NCBI RefSeq assembly: GCF_009914755.1
Contig: NC_060927.1
Origin: the human T2T-CHM13v2.0 reference genome, Homo sapiens
DNA: 64,000 nt
Direction: 5' to 3' (one strand)
Shown here: positions 33,085-50,992 of the stretch, in pieces
How the letters are laid out: every line of letters begins with the position of its first letter
Numbering within the stretch: the first letter of the stretch is position 1
The notes under the pieces: generated by a model
What the model saw: the letters and a program-made list of their open reading frames with translations, nothing else
What the model was told of the DNA's origin: nothing
Databases searched by the model: none
Made by a program: the position numbers and the translations under genes

Positions 33085-34361
33085 CTAGTTAAAACAAAGA
33101 GATAAACACATCTTCCATTAAGAATCCACACTCTCGACCTATGAACGACGCTCCCCACACTGATACCGCACGGGTTCACTCTGGCAGGATCCCTCATCAG
33201 AACACTTGCTTTTCCTCCTCAAAACCTGGACACTTTACCCCAAGAAATGTGAGCACTTGTTTGGAGGAAAAGAGGGTCTCTCAAATCACAAAGCCCTTTA
33301 TGCCAGTTAAATTATAGTTACCTAGTTACACAAGGTAATCACAAGCGAGTAGCTAACTTGTTTTAGCTTTTCCAATGCAGAAGCTTCTGTACCTACAAAG
33401 TCTTGTCTTATGGGCCAAATTCTGCCTGTGGCCAATGAAGGAGATAGGAGCTGTGCACCATCACTGTAGACTTGTCCTTGCCATTGCTTCCTCATCGTTG
33501 ACCTGTCTGTTTATGAGGGCTTTTGAGGCACTTGATGAATATAATCTTATCATATTTTACAAAGGCAAAATAAGGCTTAAAAGTTCTGTAAGAGGAGGTT
33601 TGCATTTAAGATGAAATTGAAAACAGATATAACTTTTTAAATTGCAAGTGATGAGAAATGAGGAATGTTACATTTGCCTATGGGATGAATTGAGCTGAAA
33701 AACACCTAATTCTGAAAGACAAAAGCATTTCTGAATCAAATGAAAAGTGCCCTGCCAATGCCACTGACAACCATCGGCAAGATGGAGGAGAAAGGAATGG
33801 GAAAGTGGACACACTTAAGTGCATGCCTACTGGGCTAATGTGAAATCACAAGAGGCTGGACACACGCAGAACCTTCTGAGTCAAGCGTGGTGAAAGCAAT
33901 GTGGCTGAATCCTTTGTTGGAGAGGCAGCAAATTGTCAGGGGGAGTAGAGAGGTGGCAAGTGTAGGCAGATAACCCAGCTGCTGAGGAATCCCCTGGGGC
34001 TAGGATGACAATATAATTTATCATCCAAACTAGGTCACTTCTGAGGGTGAAGGGATCGCTATAAATAATCACACTACGACAAGTATAAACTGAGCAAACC
34101 AGGACATATGGTTACCCTCGCCAATTTCTTTTTTCTGGAGAGGGGAAGGGATCATAGAGGTCATTATTTGCCACAATGGATTTTCCTAGTGCAAACTGTT
34201 GGCTTGTTTTAGAAAAAGTAAAAATACAAGGAAGACCAACAATATGTACTTCATTGAGTAAGGAATAAAATATGCTAGGTTTTAAGCTTCAAAGGACCAA
34301 CTTACACTACAATTTGGTGGAATGCAACTGGGGACTGCAAGCTTAGAAAAACAGACTTCCA

Positions 34362-34781
<420 letters not shown>

Positions 34782-35292
34782 TCACTATTATTTTGAAGGG
34801 AAAGAGAGTTAGATAGTTAAAACCTGGGATCACTGCTAATGAGGAGGTTGAGAAATCAGTCCTTTCACATATTGCTGTTGACTGCATAAACTGCTAAAAT
34901 TCTTCTGGAAAGCACTGAAGCAAGAAACCCCATCTCTGGAGCAAGCTTAAAGAAATAAGCCAGAAACACAGAGTAAGACAGAAACACACAGGTAACGTTT
35001 ACCGAGCATCTGGTAAATACCAGCCACTGTGCCAAGTGTGTTGTGGTATTGCTTCATTTAATACACACAGCTCTCCTCTCAGGTAGATAGGATTCTATCC
35101 CCATTCATACACAAGGGAACAAAGACAGTGATTAAGAAACTTGCGTAAGGTTTCCAGGAAGTAAAAATATACTACATATATAAAATTGCTCACTGAAGCA
35201 CTACTTATAATATTGAAAGCATCCCAAATGTCCAACAACAGGGGAAAGAATGCACTATGATGGCATATGGTTACTATCACAGACAGTAATCA

Positions 35293-35490
<198 letters not shown>

Positions 35491-36855
35491 TTAAGCATAC
35501 CAAAACAAAAAAAACTTCATAAAAAATGAGAAAAACAAGACAAAGAGACTATATAAAAATGCTTATTTTTGCTCTAATAAAATACATTTATTGTGGGTTT
35601 TTGCATGTGTGCTTTAATTTGCTATCTCATTTGGTCATGGCAAAGCTCCATAAAATAAGTACTATTATTCTTAATTTTACAGATGAGGAGATGGACGTGC
35701 AAAGACAACATGCCCCAGGTCCAACTGCCTCTCGGTATTAGGGTAGTGAAATTTTAGGTGATGATTTTACTCTATAATTTCCCCCCATTTCCCTCACTTC
35801 TATAATGCTGGCATATTACTTTCTAGCATTTTAAAACACATTTATGGGATACACAGATGATGACGTGACAAATGTGAATGGAGTGGTGGCTGAGTTAACT
35901 TCCAACTGTGTAAATCCTTACACGTATAAAAATGGATTCCATTAATCTTTGAAGAGATGAAATGTCATCAAATTCTGACTCTAACAAGGCTGGCCCTGAA
36001 GTGAAAGATCAGTTTCTAAAACTGTTGAATTCTAAATATTTGTGTCATTCCTTCTTTCTGTACATTCCACAAACAAAAAGTTCCTCAATTTTAGACAGTC
36101 ACTTTCTGAGAGAAGGATTTACCATTTTAAAATATCAAGGATTATGTTTTACAATCCAAATCTTCCCCCTAAAAGAACAATTGCATGCCATGATTAAAGG
36201 ACCTAGAAAACACTCCAGGCTCTCGGAGAACAAGGACCGGGGCTTATTTATGTCTGCATCCTTAGCTCCTTGTGCACTGCCTGGCACAGGGAACACATAC
36301 ATCAATAAATGTGTGCAGAACTGAATTTCTCTCACTGGTGTGCAGCTGAACTAGCTCAACCGCAGGGGATAGGAAGCAAATGGGCTTATGACTCATTTCT
36401 TCAGAACAAAATGAATAACATCATGGGCACAGCACGAACCAGCATCTGATCATAACAATCAATTTTTCTTACCTTGGGAGATTTGTTTTCAACAAAACTA
36501 CAGCAATGGATTAAAACTGACTGCTGACTTTATTTTATGCCTCTAGAACTGCCAGTACAATAGGCATCCAAAAGGATTTCTCCTTGACCTTGAAATGATA
36601 CAAACTCCAAGGCCTGCAAGCCACCTGTAGGTGGCCTTCCCTGTGATTCAGGCATGCAGCCAGCAGTCAGGGACCTCATTACAAGTATGCAGATGTGAAG
36701 GGCTGCACAGTACAGCGGCAAGGCCCTGGCTTTCAAGTCTGGCAATGTCCCAGGGTGACTGAGGTCAAGTTACTTAAACCTTCTGAGTCCTTCACTGTAA
36801 AATGGCTTAATCACACTAACCTTACAAAGTTGCTTTCAGATTTAAGGAGTTAGGG

Positions 36856-37349
36856 CAGCAGTCCCCAAACTTTCTGGCACCAGGAAGAGGTTTTGTGGAA
36901 GACAATTTTTCCATGGATGTGGGTCCAGGGGACAGTGGTTTCAGGATGATTCAAGCACATTACATTTATTGTGCACTTCATTTGTTATTATTACATTGTA
37001 ATATATAATGAAAGAATTATACAACTCACCATAATGTAGAATCAGTGGGAGTCCTGAGATTATTTTCCTGCAACTAGACAGTCCCTCTGGGGGTGATGGG
37101 AGACAGTGACAGATCAGGCATTTGATTCTCATAAAAAGCCTGCAACCTAGATTCCTCATATATGCAGTTCAAATAGGTATTGCGCTCCTATAAGAATCCA
37201 ACGCAGCTGCTGATCTGACAGGAGGCGGAGCTCAGGCAGTAATGCAAGTGATGGAGATTGGCTGTCAATACAAATGAAGCTCGCCCACCACTCACCTCCC
37301 GCTGTGCGTCCTGGTTCCTAACAGGGTTCCCAAGGGTTGGGGAACCCAG
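36856..37349. mobile_element. MER1A-type hAT-Charlie DNA transposon
   Basis: Terminal inverted repeats cagcagtccccaa / ttggggaacccag; 8-bp TSD agtta(g/a)gg. Confidence 0.85.
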
Positions 37350-37576
37350 AGTTAAGGTATTAGAGAATGCTTTGTAAGTAGTAAAGCAGATACTACTTAT
37401 GATATGTATATAGCATAGTCGAAGGATGGAGGGTAGAGGAAGCGCTGGGTCTTGGAGATAATAATTACCGGCTAACTTTTCTCCCTTTAAACGAATTGCA
37501 AGACTGCTGTCATTTCAGTTCAGTGAATATCTGAGTGGCTACAAAGTACCAGGAGCTGTGCTAGGCAATGGAGATC

Positions 37577-37903
37577 CAGGTTGGGCAACCCTAATCTGAA
37601 CACCGAAAATGCAAAATACCCCCAAACCTGGAAACCTTTTGAGCACTGGCAGGACACCACAAGTGGAAAATTCCACACCTGACCTCATGCAGTGAGTCGC
37701 ACATATTATTAAAAATATCATATAAAATCACTTTCAGGCGATGTGTATGAGGTGTATATGAAACATAAATGAACTTCGTGTTTAGACCTGGGCCGTCCCC
37801 AGGATATCTCATTATATATGTGCAAACATACCAAAATCTGAAAAATTCCAAAATCTAAAATACTTCTGGCCCCAAGTATTTCAGATAAGGGATACTCAGC
37901 CTG
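37577..37903. mobile_element. MER46/Tigger4-type TcMar DNA transposon
   Basis: caggttg...agggatactcagcctg termini; internal gtggaaaattccacacctgacctcatg. Confidence 0.8.
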
Positions 37904-38029
37904 TCCAGATATAGGCTCTACCTCAGGCAGCAAACAGTATGAAAAAAAGATCATTTCAGTGCAGTTTTTTATGTGGTAGTGTTTAAGGACTGCAGCCCAA
38001 ACTGGATATTGATATGGCAAAATAATATT

Positions 38030-40359
<2,330 letters not shown>

Positions 40360-42001
40360 TAGAAAATACAAAAGTAGGAAGTAATAGGGAGGACTCAGGT
40401 TCACTATATTGGTTCAGGAAGGAAGCAGTATAATCCACTCATCAAATATTTACTGAGCACCTAGTACATGTCACATACTATTGGAAGCATCCAAACAGAA
40501 GGAGCAAAACAAGACAACAATTCCTTCCCTCCACATCCTCAGTGGTGGAACAAAGACCAAAGATCAGCCAGCCAACCAACAATAAGATACAGTGTAGCCG
40601 ACTGTGGAAAGTGCTATGGGGAAAACACAAACAGGGAAAGACATAGGGAGTGGTGGAGTTGCAGTAGCAGTCAGGGAAGGCCTCCATGATAAGCCAGAAC
40701 TGAGGCCCACTGGGGTGGGTGTGGGGAGGGGAGGTGTGACCCAGTGGGTCCTGGGGAAGGAGTGACCTAAGTGTGAACCAGGAGTGACGCCCACCACCAA
40801 AGACCTTTCATAGAACAGTGAAGTGTTAAGAGCAAGCATTCCAGGAAGAAGACTGCCTGGGTTCAAATGCTAGCTCGGCATTTACAAGCTATGTGACCCA
40901 GGGCAAGCCACTTAACTTATCTGGGCATCAGTATCCTCAAATGAAAAAGGGGAGCAATAACTAGTTTGTACATTTCAGGGACTGAATGAATGTTACAATA
41001 CCTGACACACAGTACTAGTCTAAAAAGTCTGGGTATTGTTCATGCTTTCTATCCCTTCAGGAGTGCTGCGTTCTCAGAAATTAGCAAATGACTACTGAGT
41101 AACCTGAGTTCCGGCTGAGGCACAGAGAAGCAGGCTTCCAAAGTCCTGAGGCAGTCAGCTCCCATATGCTGATACAACCACACTGCTTGTAAGGTTTCAG
41201 ATGGCTTCATCACCACAGAATAAATCTTACTAGCTTCCACTCCAGAGAAAACGTTTCTTTACTGGCTTCTACCAGAATCCAGAATCCACACTTTAGAGAG
41301 CTGGCACTGAATGCTAATTTTTTTCCCCAAGAATCACTCAACTGGCAACTTCCTCACTGCTTCGTCTTATTCCTAGAAGTAGCTGAGGCTGTGTTCAGAC
41401 AATCTGGCAATTAAAGAAACCCATTCTCTCTCTCATAGGAGAGTGCCCGAAAGTGTTTTTCATTCCATGAGGACCTTAACCGGCCAGATGAAATGGGGCT
41501 GTCATGTTTCAATCCATCTGATCTAAGTACTCAGCTAATTTTTTTTTTTTTTAATTTAAGAAACAGGGTCTGGCTCTGTTGCCCAGGCTGGAGTGCAGTG
41601 GTGTGATCATAGTTCACTGCAGCCTGGAAGTTGGGATTACAGGTGTGAGCCACAGCACCCTGCAAATTTTGACAGGCATTGTTTGTCAATATGTAACAAG
41701 TTTTATAATTTTTATAGCTGACAACATAATTCCACTTTGGAGAACACATCCAAGGAAGTCAGTGCCTCCTTTGCCCCTTTCCCAACGAAAGTAATCTGTA
41801 CAAAGTGATTCACAGCAGTGTTGCTAATAAAACAGTGAGAAATGGAGCTAATATAAGTGTCCATCAATCACTGGATGATTGAGCAAATAACAGTTTCTCA
41901 ACCTGAGGAAAACCCATCTGACCAACAATAATACATAAAAATAATAATAACAGCAATCATTTTCTGAACACTGACTATTAATGAGATAAGATGCTGGAGG
42001 C

Positions 42002-42358
<357 letters not shown>

Positions 42359-43032
42359 TTATTTGTTTTACAAATAAGAAAACTGGGGGCTCAGAAAGGT
42401 TCAAGCTTGTGTTTCAGGAAATAAAATAATGAAAAACAAATAAAACAAAAAAGAAAGGTTCAAATACCTTTAGAAAGCTGGTATTCAAACTAGTCCACCA
42501 TGTACCAGATGAGTGACCTTAGACAGGGAACCATTCTGGGCCTCAGTTTTCTCATCTGTAAAATGGGGCAATGATACAGCACCCAAATCAAAAGGTTAAT
42601 GTGAGGATTAAACTAGTTACCAAATTTAAAGTATTGAGAGTAGTCCTTGGCACCCAATAATAAAGGCTATTTTCCCTGCCATTAAGCCACAGACTTCAGT
42701 CACATCAGTCTACTGCTTTCCTCCTAAACACATCATGTTCTTTCACATCCTTCTTGCCTTTTTCACACGTGTTGTTTTTCAAGTCTACCACTGACTCACT
42801 GTGACTGCATGTTATTAATGTGAAGCTCCTTAGAGCAGAAATTCCATCTGCAGTTCTTCAGGGTATGGAATGCTAATTTGCTTGATAAATATTAAACCAA
42901 GGACCATTGCCTAAAATTAGTCATTTTAATAGTTGTACTGACATAACAAAGTTCAAGGTGACTCTTTAAAATGCATTTGGTGCTCCTTTCCTGTTCATTT
43001 AAATGCTGACTTCTAAGAAAAACTAGAGTTAG

Positions 43033-43353
<321 letters not shown>

Positions 43354-44918
43354 GGTTAGAAAGCTGTCTTAAAACAGAAAAGAGGAAAAAAAAAAAAAAA
43401 AAAAGGAGGGGGGTGGAGGAAAAATAATAAAAATAAAAAATAAAAAAAGATAAAGCTTTCTCCTTCCCAGTTTGCAGCCTCTCATCCTCCACCTACTCTC
43501 TTCTCACCCATAATTTATAATAATACTGACCTCAGGGCAGTCAAAGTAATCCTAAAATACTATATAAAATGTAAAGGATTGTTATTGCTACAAATAATAC
43601 CAATCTCGCCTCTGCCTAAGTAATTACTGGCAGGAACTTGTCCAACAACATGGACAGACATGGTTTTTCTGTTCCTTCTCCTGCCCACTCCCAGGAAAAA
43701 TACTGAACTTCACAGATTAGGGACCATATATAATCTCACAACTGGAAAAAGATGGACAATGCAAAGTTATAAATAAAAATGAGATTAGTAGACAATATGA
43801 ATTTTGGCATATTCTCAGGGCTTCGGAGATTTGGGTGGTTTGCCAAGGGATAGAAACCAATCAATTCTACAACACTGGGTTCTCAGAAGCCTACAAAAGT
43901 CAGGAGGAAAATGTGCCTTTCAACACTTTGCCTGGGGTAGGTCTCATACCTATGAAAGAGATCTACCTACAGAGCCTATGTCATTTTCTACCTTCATTAC
44001 TCTCTTCTTGTTCCAGCAAAAATCAGCTAAACTTGGTAGCAGCTTGAAGGCTAAATTAAAAGTCTTCAAAGAGGTGAAAGCAGCTATGTCATTTGGTAAA
44101 TTTCCTTAGTAATATTCAGAATTTAGAAGGAACTCCCAGAATCCATCCAATGCTACGAAGATGTTGACTAGAAGGGAAGAAATGGAGGACTGGTAGTGGT
44201 AGGGGCAGAGTAGAGATCAGTCCTGCATCTTCTCCCACCAAGTCAGCTTTCATAAAAGGCTTCCGTTCCATCATTTTTCACAGGGGAGTATGGAAAGGTA
44301 ATCACTCTAATAAAGTGACTTCCTTTGCTCACACAGTGTGCATGTGACCTGCTCATTCCAGCACAGGGCCACGCCACTCTTTGCCCCTATGTCTTTTGTT
44401 GGAAGGCAGGGAGGCTGCCAGGTGAAGCTGGAAGCACCCAGAGACCAAGGTTGCTTCAACGCCTTTCTCTACAGTGTTGCAAATACAGCCGTAGTCATGG
44501 TAGATGAATTTTGGGAAGATGGAAGAACAAAACCTCTAAGGTCTCTTACAGCATTAAATTTCCATGAAATCTTACCTGTCTGTACTGGGATTTGGAGGCT
44601 AAGTAAACTGCTTTTCCAATGTTCTGAGCATAAAGTTCTTTGACTCATACTCAAAAATCGGGAAAGATGATTTTTTTTAAGATGGTGGTTTTCAAACTTT
44701 TTAAAAAGCGGCAGAGCACTTGTTTTGTAAATGAAATCTTAAACGGAACCTTACTATAGTAAAAAGATAGATGGGGGCTCCTCTGGTTGCAGCGAGGGTG
44801 AGTGGCCAGGGGCTCTACCCTCTCAGTTGTCTCAGTTTGGGACATAATATGTGTGACCTACCCTCAAACAGTTTAGAAAATAAATATATATATAGTATGT
44901 TTACACATACAGAGAAAA

Positions 44919-45107
44919 CAGTGGTTCTCAAAGTGGGATCCCTGGAGGGGCATCAGCATCACTTGGGAACTTGTTTCTAAAAATAAAAATTATTGGGCCC
45001 TACCTCAAACCTATTAAATCAACTGTCTGGGGTAGGGCCCACGAGTCTGTGTTTTAACCTAAGACTTCCTAGTTGTTCAGACACAGGCTAAAGTTTGAAA
45101 ACCACTG
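44919..45107. mobile_element. MER5A hAT element
   Basis: cagtggttctcaaagt...tttgaaaaccactg terminal inverted repeats. Confidence 0.85.
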
Positions 45108-45462
45108 ATACAGAAACAATGAGAAAACAAATATGGTGCAATGTTAAAATTGGCGAATCTGGGAAAAGGGCATAGGGAGTTTTCTGTATTATTCTTGAAA
45201 CTTTTCTGTAAGTTTGAAATTACTTCAAAATAAAAATTAACAAAAACAACAAAATTACCCTGGGACAATAAGCATGGAGATGTGGAGAGGGGACCCAGGA
45301 GGTAGGGAGGCAAATCACGAGGTTAGTGCAGGAACCACTCAAGAGTGACGTGATTTACAACTAAGACTGTAGCAGCTCCAGGGCCGAGTGAGAACAGGAT
45401 ATCCGCAGTCTTCAAATATAAATCTCTCCCTTGTAGAACATCTGGGCAGCAACCATACTAAC

Positions 45463-45613
45463 CTGAATAGGAGAGACCGGCAATCTCTACGAAGAGGTCT
45501 TCTTCAGAAAAGCTTTCGGGGAGCATGAGGAAAGCAGCGGTCACAGCACTCTTCAGATTTCTATCGAGGGCTGATCTAAGAGTGACATCCTCGTTCACTG
45601 AGATAATTTTCAC
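45463..45613 (-). CDS. TAMM41: TAMM41 exon 4
   Basis: cag|GTG AAA ATT; VKIISVNEDV...EIAGLSYS; donor CAG|GTTAGT; 151 nt. Confidence 0.97.
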
Positions 45614-46342
45614 CTGAAAGAAGCAGAACATTGGGAAGAAAAATTCCAGAAGTGGAGTATTGCTCAAGCATGGGTTACAAATGCACTGGAACTATCTCAA
45701 ACTCTCTTCCCACTGAAGATCTTGGAATACTGGTTCAGGTGACACAAAATTGTTCCTCTAATAAGTAATCCCAGAATCTCCTTGTTTTATGCCAAGGTCA
45801 AAGAAATCATGACACAGGAAAGGATCAAAATGCCAAAGAAAACAAATATTCTTCTTAAATGAGGAAATGCAGCATAGGTTTAGAAAAAGAGCAAAAGTCC
45901 TTTGGAAACTTTAATATTTTTAAATTTTATAATCTCACTGTCGTCACTTAATTTTTTAGTCGACAGAGGCATTTTACCTCTTTATTTAGACCTCATCTGT
46001 AATCTTGGACCATATCTAACATAGGAAGTTCATGCTCTATTTCGCACTTTCTAGATACATCGATTTTGAACTTGACTAAGGAAAAATGAAAGAAAACTAG
46101 CTACAGTAGAAAAAGAACGGGTTTTAGAGATAGGTATGGGCTCAAGTCCAGGTACTTACTAGCTATGTGAGTCTGGGCAAATGATTTGCATCAAAGAATC
46201 GTCACAAAGATTGACTATAATAATAAATGTAAAGTGCCTAGAATACTAGCAACTGCTTCGCTCAGAAAGAATTTTTCTCCTCAATACAGAGTAGAAGCTT
46301 CCATCTGAGACTTTCTGCAAATCCATTAAAATACAAAGAGTG

Positions 46343-46647
46343 ACTGGGTGTGGTGGCTCACATCTGTAATCTCAGCACTTTGGGAGGCCAAAGCAGGGGG
46401 ATCATGAGACCAGCCTGGGCAACATAGTGAGACCCCATCTCTATAAAACAAAAACAAAAAAAACAAACACCTAGCCAGGCACAGTGATGCACATGTGTGG
46501 TCCCAGATACTCAGGAGGTTGAGGTAGGAAGACAGCTTCAGTCCAGGTGGTTGAGGCTGCAGTGGGTTGCAGTGAGCCATGATCATGACACTACACTCCA
46601 GCCTGAAAGACACAGTTGAGACCCTGTCTCAAAAAAAAAAAAAAAAT
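46343..46647 (+). mobile_element. AluJ-like
   Basis: Alu dimer with small deletions. Confidence 0.88.
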
Positions 46648-46907
46648 ACTAAGAGCTCCAGTCTGTTCTGAGATTCTTACTTTTAAAGATTGCACTGCAG
46701 TTAAGAGATGTGTTCAAATGCCAACTCCATCTCTTACTAGCTCTGTGACTATGGGCATAATTCCTTATCAGTAAAATGGAGTAAATAACAGAATCAAGCT
46801 CATAAGGCTGCTAGAAAGATCAAGTGAGTTACTGCACACAAACCCTTCAGTGAAATGAGCTTCCTTGTGTGTGCTTCTCAGTGCACAAGGCAAGAGCTTC
46901 TCTGGGC

Positions 46908-47081
46908 CAGCGGTTCTCATCTTTAGCTAGCATTAGCTTCACCTGGAGAACTCGTTAAAATGTGTATTATCGGATGCAACTCCCAGAGTTCTGTTTCAGG
47001 AGGCCTCGGTGAGGGCTGAAAAATGTACATTTCTAACAAGTTCTTAAGCAATGCCCAGGGACCACATTTTGAGAATTACTG
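46908..47081. mobile_element. MER5A
   Basis: cagcggttctc...tttgagaattactg. Confidence 0.75.
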
Positions 47082-47956
47082 CTCTAAGGTGCATACTTAG
47101 CACTGTCAAATTGCTCTTCAGAGTGGTTATGCCAATTTACACTCGTACCATGATCTTTTAAAAACATCATACTGTTTCTGATTGACTTTCTATACAAAGT
47201 AAAGGGTCTAGAAGTCCCTTAATAAGGACTCTCATATGTCTAAAATATATCTACCATCTCTAAATCTTTTGGTACTATCGACACATTTTCTACCTATTCT
47301 AGAAAACAGGGCATAAGTTGCCTTTTATTTGTCAAATACAGATAATTTCTGACAAAATTAAGATAGCACATAAAAGACACACTATGAGAAACTCCAAAAT
47401 AAATATTAGAAAGCAAGGAAAGAGGAGAATGCTGCAGTATTCCAAGGCATAGCTTCTTCTCTTCTAATTGTAAAAAACAGTATTATAAAACATATAACTA
47501 TTATTTTATAAATCAGGCTTCAGAATCTGAATTCTTTTACCTTTTTTCCCTACTTTTTTCTAAGGGAGTATTTGTAACATACAAACATCATATATGGTAG
47601 GTAAGCCACTTGATTCAATAACACCCCCTCCTCCCTTACAATTCTGAGGACTTAATGGACCTTAATTAAGCCTTTCAGCACTTAGGTGAGTTTAGTATTA
47701 CTGCAATCATCTGCAGAGAGTAACCCATGACCAGCCAGGAACATGACTTGCCTACAGTTGCATAATGAGTTGACAACAAAAATCAGGATCACATTCTTTT
47801 ACTTGGCAAATTCAGCTCTAAATATTCTGAATTATTCTCATGCATTCATTTAGGGTTATATTCTGGTTAACTTATCTTGAAAGATGATTAAAACAAATTT
47901 TAAGGTCCTATAAAAACACCTATGCTTATTCCTTGAATAACTTTCCTAAACCTTAT

Positions 47957-48293
47957 AGAGTTGGCTCTTCGTATCTGTGGGTTCTGCACCCATGGGATTC
48001 AACCAATCACAGATGGGAAACATTCAGAAAAAAAAAAAAAAAATCCACAAAGTTCCAAAAAGCAAATGTTGAATTTGCTGCCACATGCCAATTACTACGT
48101 TGAAGGCAGGCGAATGATGTGAAGTGTAAGCACGGTATTAGGTATTAACAGTCATCCAGAGATGATCTAAAATATAAAGGAGGATGTGCATAAGTTATAT
48201 GCTAATACTAGGCCATTTTATATCAGAGACGTGAATTCTGAGGGTGGGTGCAGGTCCTAAAACCAATCCCCATGGACACCAAGGGATGACAGT
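47957..48293. mobile_element. MER2/Tigger3-type TcMar element
   Basis: gtatctgtgggttctgca...ccaatccccatggacaccaagggatgacagta. Confidence 0.78.
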
Positions 48294-49708
48294 ATTCCAT
48301 ACTGAATGATTAATCTAGGAGGGCAACTGCTTCATCTTACTGACAGAAAACTTAGGCCTGGAGGGGTTAAAGGGGTTAAAAGATTTCTCCAAGAGAAGTA
48401 GTGGCGAACTGGACCGGGATCCAGTCCCAGGATTCACCCAGTGCTCTTTCCACAACTCTGTGATGTCTCTCTACTTCCACATTCCCGTTCTTCATCCCCA
48501 TTCATCACACATCCTTCTCAATAATTCTTCACCTCTCTGTTTTTGATGGCTTTTACAGAAGCCCAGTGAAATTAGAAGCTATTTTGAGATGCTAACAATT
48601 CAAAGATGCAAAGAAAAGACTAAGTCTTGGGAAATTTTCCCAGTTAACAAAATACCACTTGTTCTCCAAGGAAGTTGTTCTACATAGGCTGTAAGAAAGC
48701 AGTCTGTTTGCTATTTAAGATTAAGAGGATGAAAATAAAAGCATCCTTACTCAAAGGAAAAATGTCAGTTCGGAAGATTCTGCTACTGTGCTGATCTGGT
48801 TCTTCAATGAAAGGTGAACTAGGAACTTGTCTCAGCAGCACTGTTATTTGTTGTTCAGAGTGAAAAGCCAGTGAACTCTTGGGACACTGCCAGAGAGGCC
48901 TGGGAAAAAAAGAAAGTGCTCAGATTTGTGAATAGCTGTTTGTATCTTACTGGGAATGCCCCGACCTGAACTGCATAGATAACATTAGCACGACTGCCAG
49001 GGAGGAAAATCTTTACTGTAGAGAAAGGGGCATTGACTTAAAGGGACTTTCAAAGGAGATATTTGTGAGTACCTTTCAAGACAGGAAAAAAGAGAAACTC
49101 ACATGTGGGCTCCTCTAAAACTGTCACAAGGAGAGACTACTTGAATTGCAGAGTGAAATTTTAATCACAAAGACCACAGCCCTACCTACTGTTCAAATAC
49201 TCAACCGCCCACCAGAACTTTTCCATTCCAAACGACCAGGAGGTTTAACTCTTCTAAATAGTCACTGCTTAAGGATGAAGAAGAAACGCTGAACATTAGA
49301 GCTGGATGAAACCTTACTCAATATCTACCTGCTGGACTCTGGGCTCTTCGAGGACAAGCAACATGATATCATTTTTAAAAATTCCTTTGGCATACACAGA
49401 GAAGAAACAGTTGTCTTTTGAATAAAGAAATGAATGACTCAATCTGTGCATTTCAAACGCTAGCGGCCCAAACATTTGCTTATAGTAGGGCAGAGCCAAA
49501 ACTAGTAAGCCAGGTTTTCCAACTCCCAGTTTAGGGATCTTTTATAGCACTGGGGGTTTTTCTATCCACACAAAAAATTAATCAACAAAGCTGCAATATG
49601 GTGATAGTTGAACTCTGAATATAGTAAAAATCATTGAATTGTACTCTTTAAATGGTTGAGCTGTGTGGTATGCGAATTTTATCTCAATAAAGCTGTTATT
49701 AAAAAATA

Positions 49709-50010
49709 GGCCAGACAGGGGGGCTCATGCCTGTAATCCTAGCACTTTGAGAGGTTGAGGCAGGTGGATCCCTTCAGCCCAGGAGTTCAAGACCAGTCTG
49801 GGCAACATGGCAAAACCCCATCTTCACAAAAAAATACAAAAATTAGCTGGGCATGGTGGCACGTGCCTATAGTTCCGGCTACTCAGGAGGCTGAGATGGG
49901 AGGATTGGTTGAGCCCGGGAGGTCGAGTAAATTGTGTTCATGCCACTCCACTTCAGCCTGGGTGACAAAGCAACACTCTGTCTCAAAAATAAAATTAAAA
50001 TAAAATAAAG
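49709..50010 (+). mobile_element. AluJ-like
   Basis: Alu dimer inserted in an L1M 3' end. Confidence 0.88.
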
Positions 50011-50426
50011 CTACATTACTAAAAGGCAAAATATATTGCAATGAATACATTAAATCAAAATCCTCTTAACAAGGTGGCAAAAAAACCACTGCATGTCAAT
50101 ATAAATGTCTTAAAAACTCAAGCACAATTATTTATACACTAAAAACAATGTAAAATACAAAAATCCAAAATTATGTTAACTAAGGAAATAACTATTAATT
50201 ATTACTTTAGAGGTTTCTTGGCTTAAAAAAAGTTTGGTCACAATGCTATATTAAACACTTTAAATTCCATGATTTTTTACTTGGGAAAATATTAGTAAAC
50301 TCAGAAACTTAAGGTTGTACTGGAAATAAAAATAGGGTATTCCATCAATTATGAGATAAGTTAATGGTAAAGTATGATAAAAATTTAATTTACACTCAAC
50401 TTTTCCCAGAAAGTCCATCTTTTTAA

Positions 50427-50754
<328 letters not shown>

Positions 50755-50973
50755 TGAATTACTAGTGATTGAGGAATTCTATTTCAATTTGCAAGATGCA
50801 AGACAATTCTGGGGCTTTAGACAATGTAATTTAATGTGATTCCTTTTAAAACACAAAGATAAAGAATTCATACTCATATTCTCATAATTCTTTCTTAAGA
50901 TATTTACCCAACTTTCTTGTCCAAGATACTACCACCCTCTTTTCATTAGATTTGTTCAAGTCTGATTAATATT

Positions 50974-50992
50974 TGCTGCCACCTAGAGGCAC
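50974..50992 (-). promoter_or_regulatory. Candidate CTCF binding motif in intron 3
   Basis: Minus strand GTGCCTCTAGGTGGCAGCA fits the CTCF core consensus. Confidence 0.55.

Noticed and set aside
32677-33105. 142-aa plus-strand ORF
   Set aside because: Antisense shadow of exon 5 plus degraded L1 sequence; no recognisable homology or splice support
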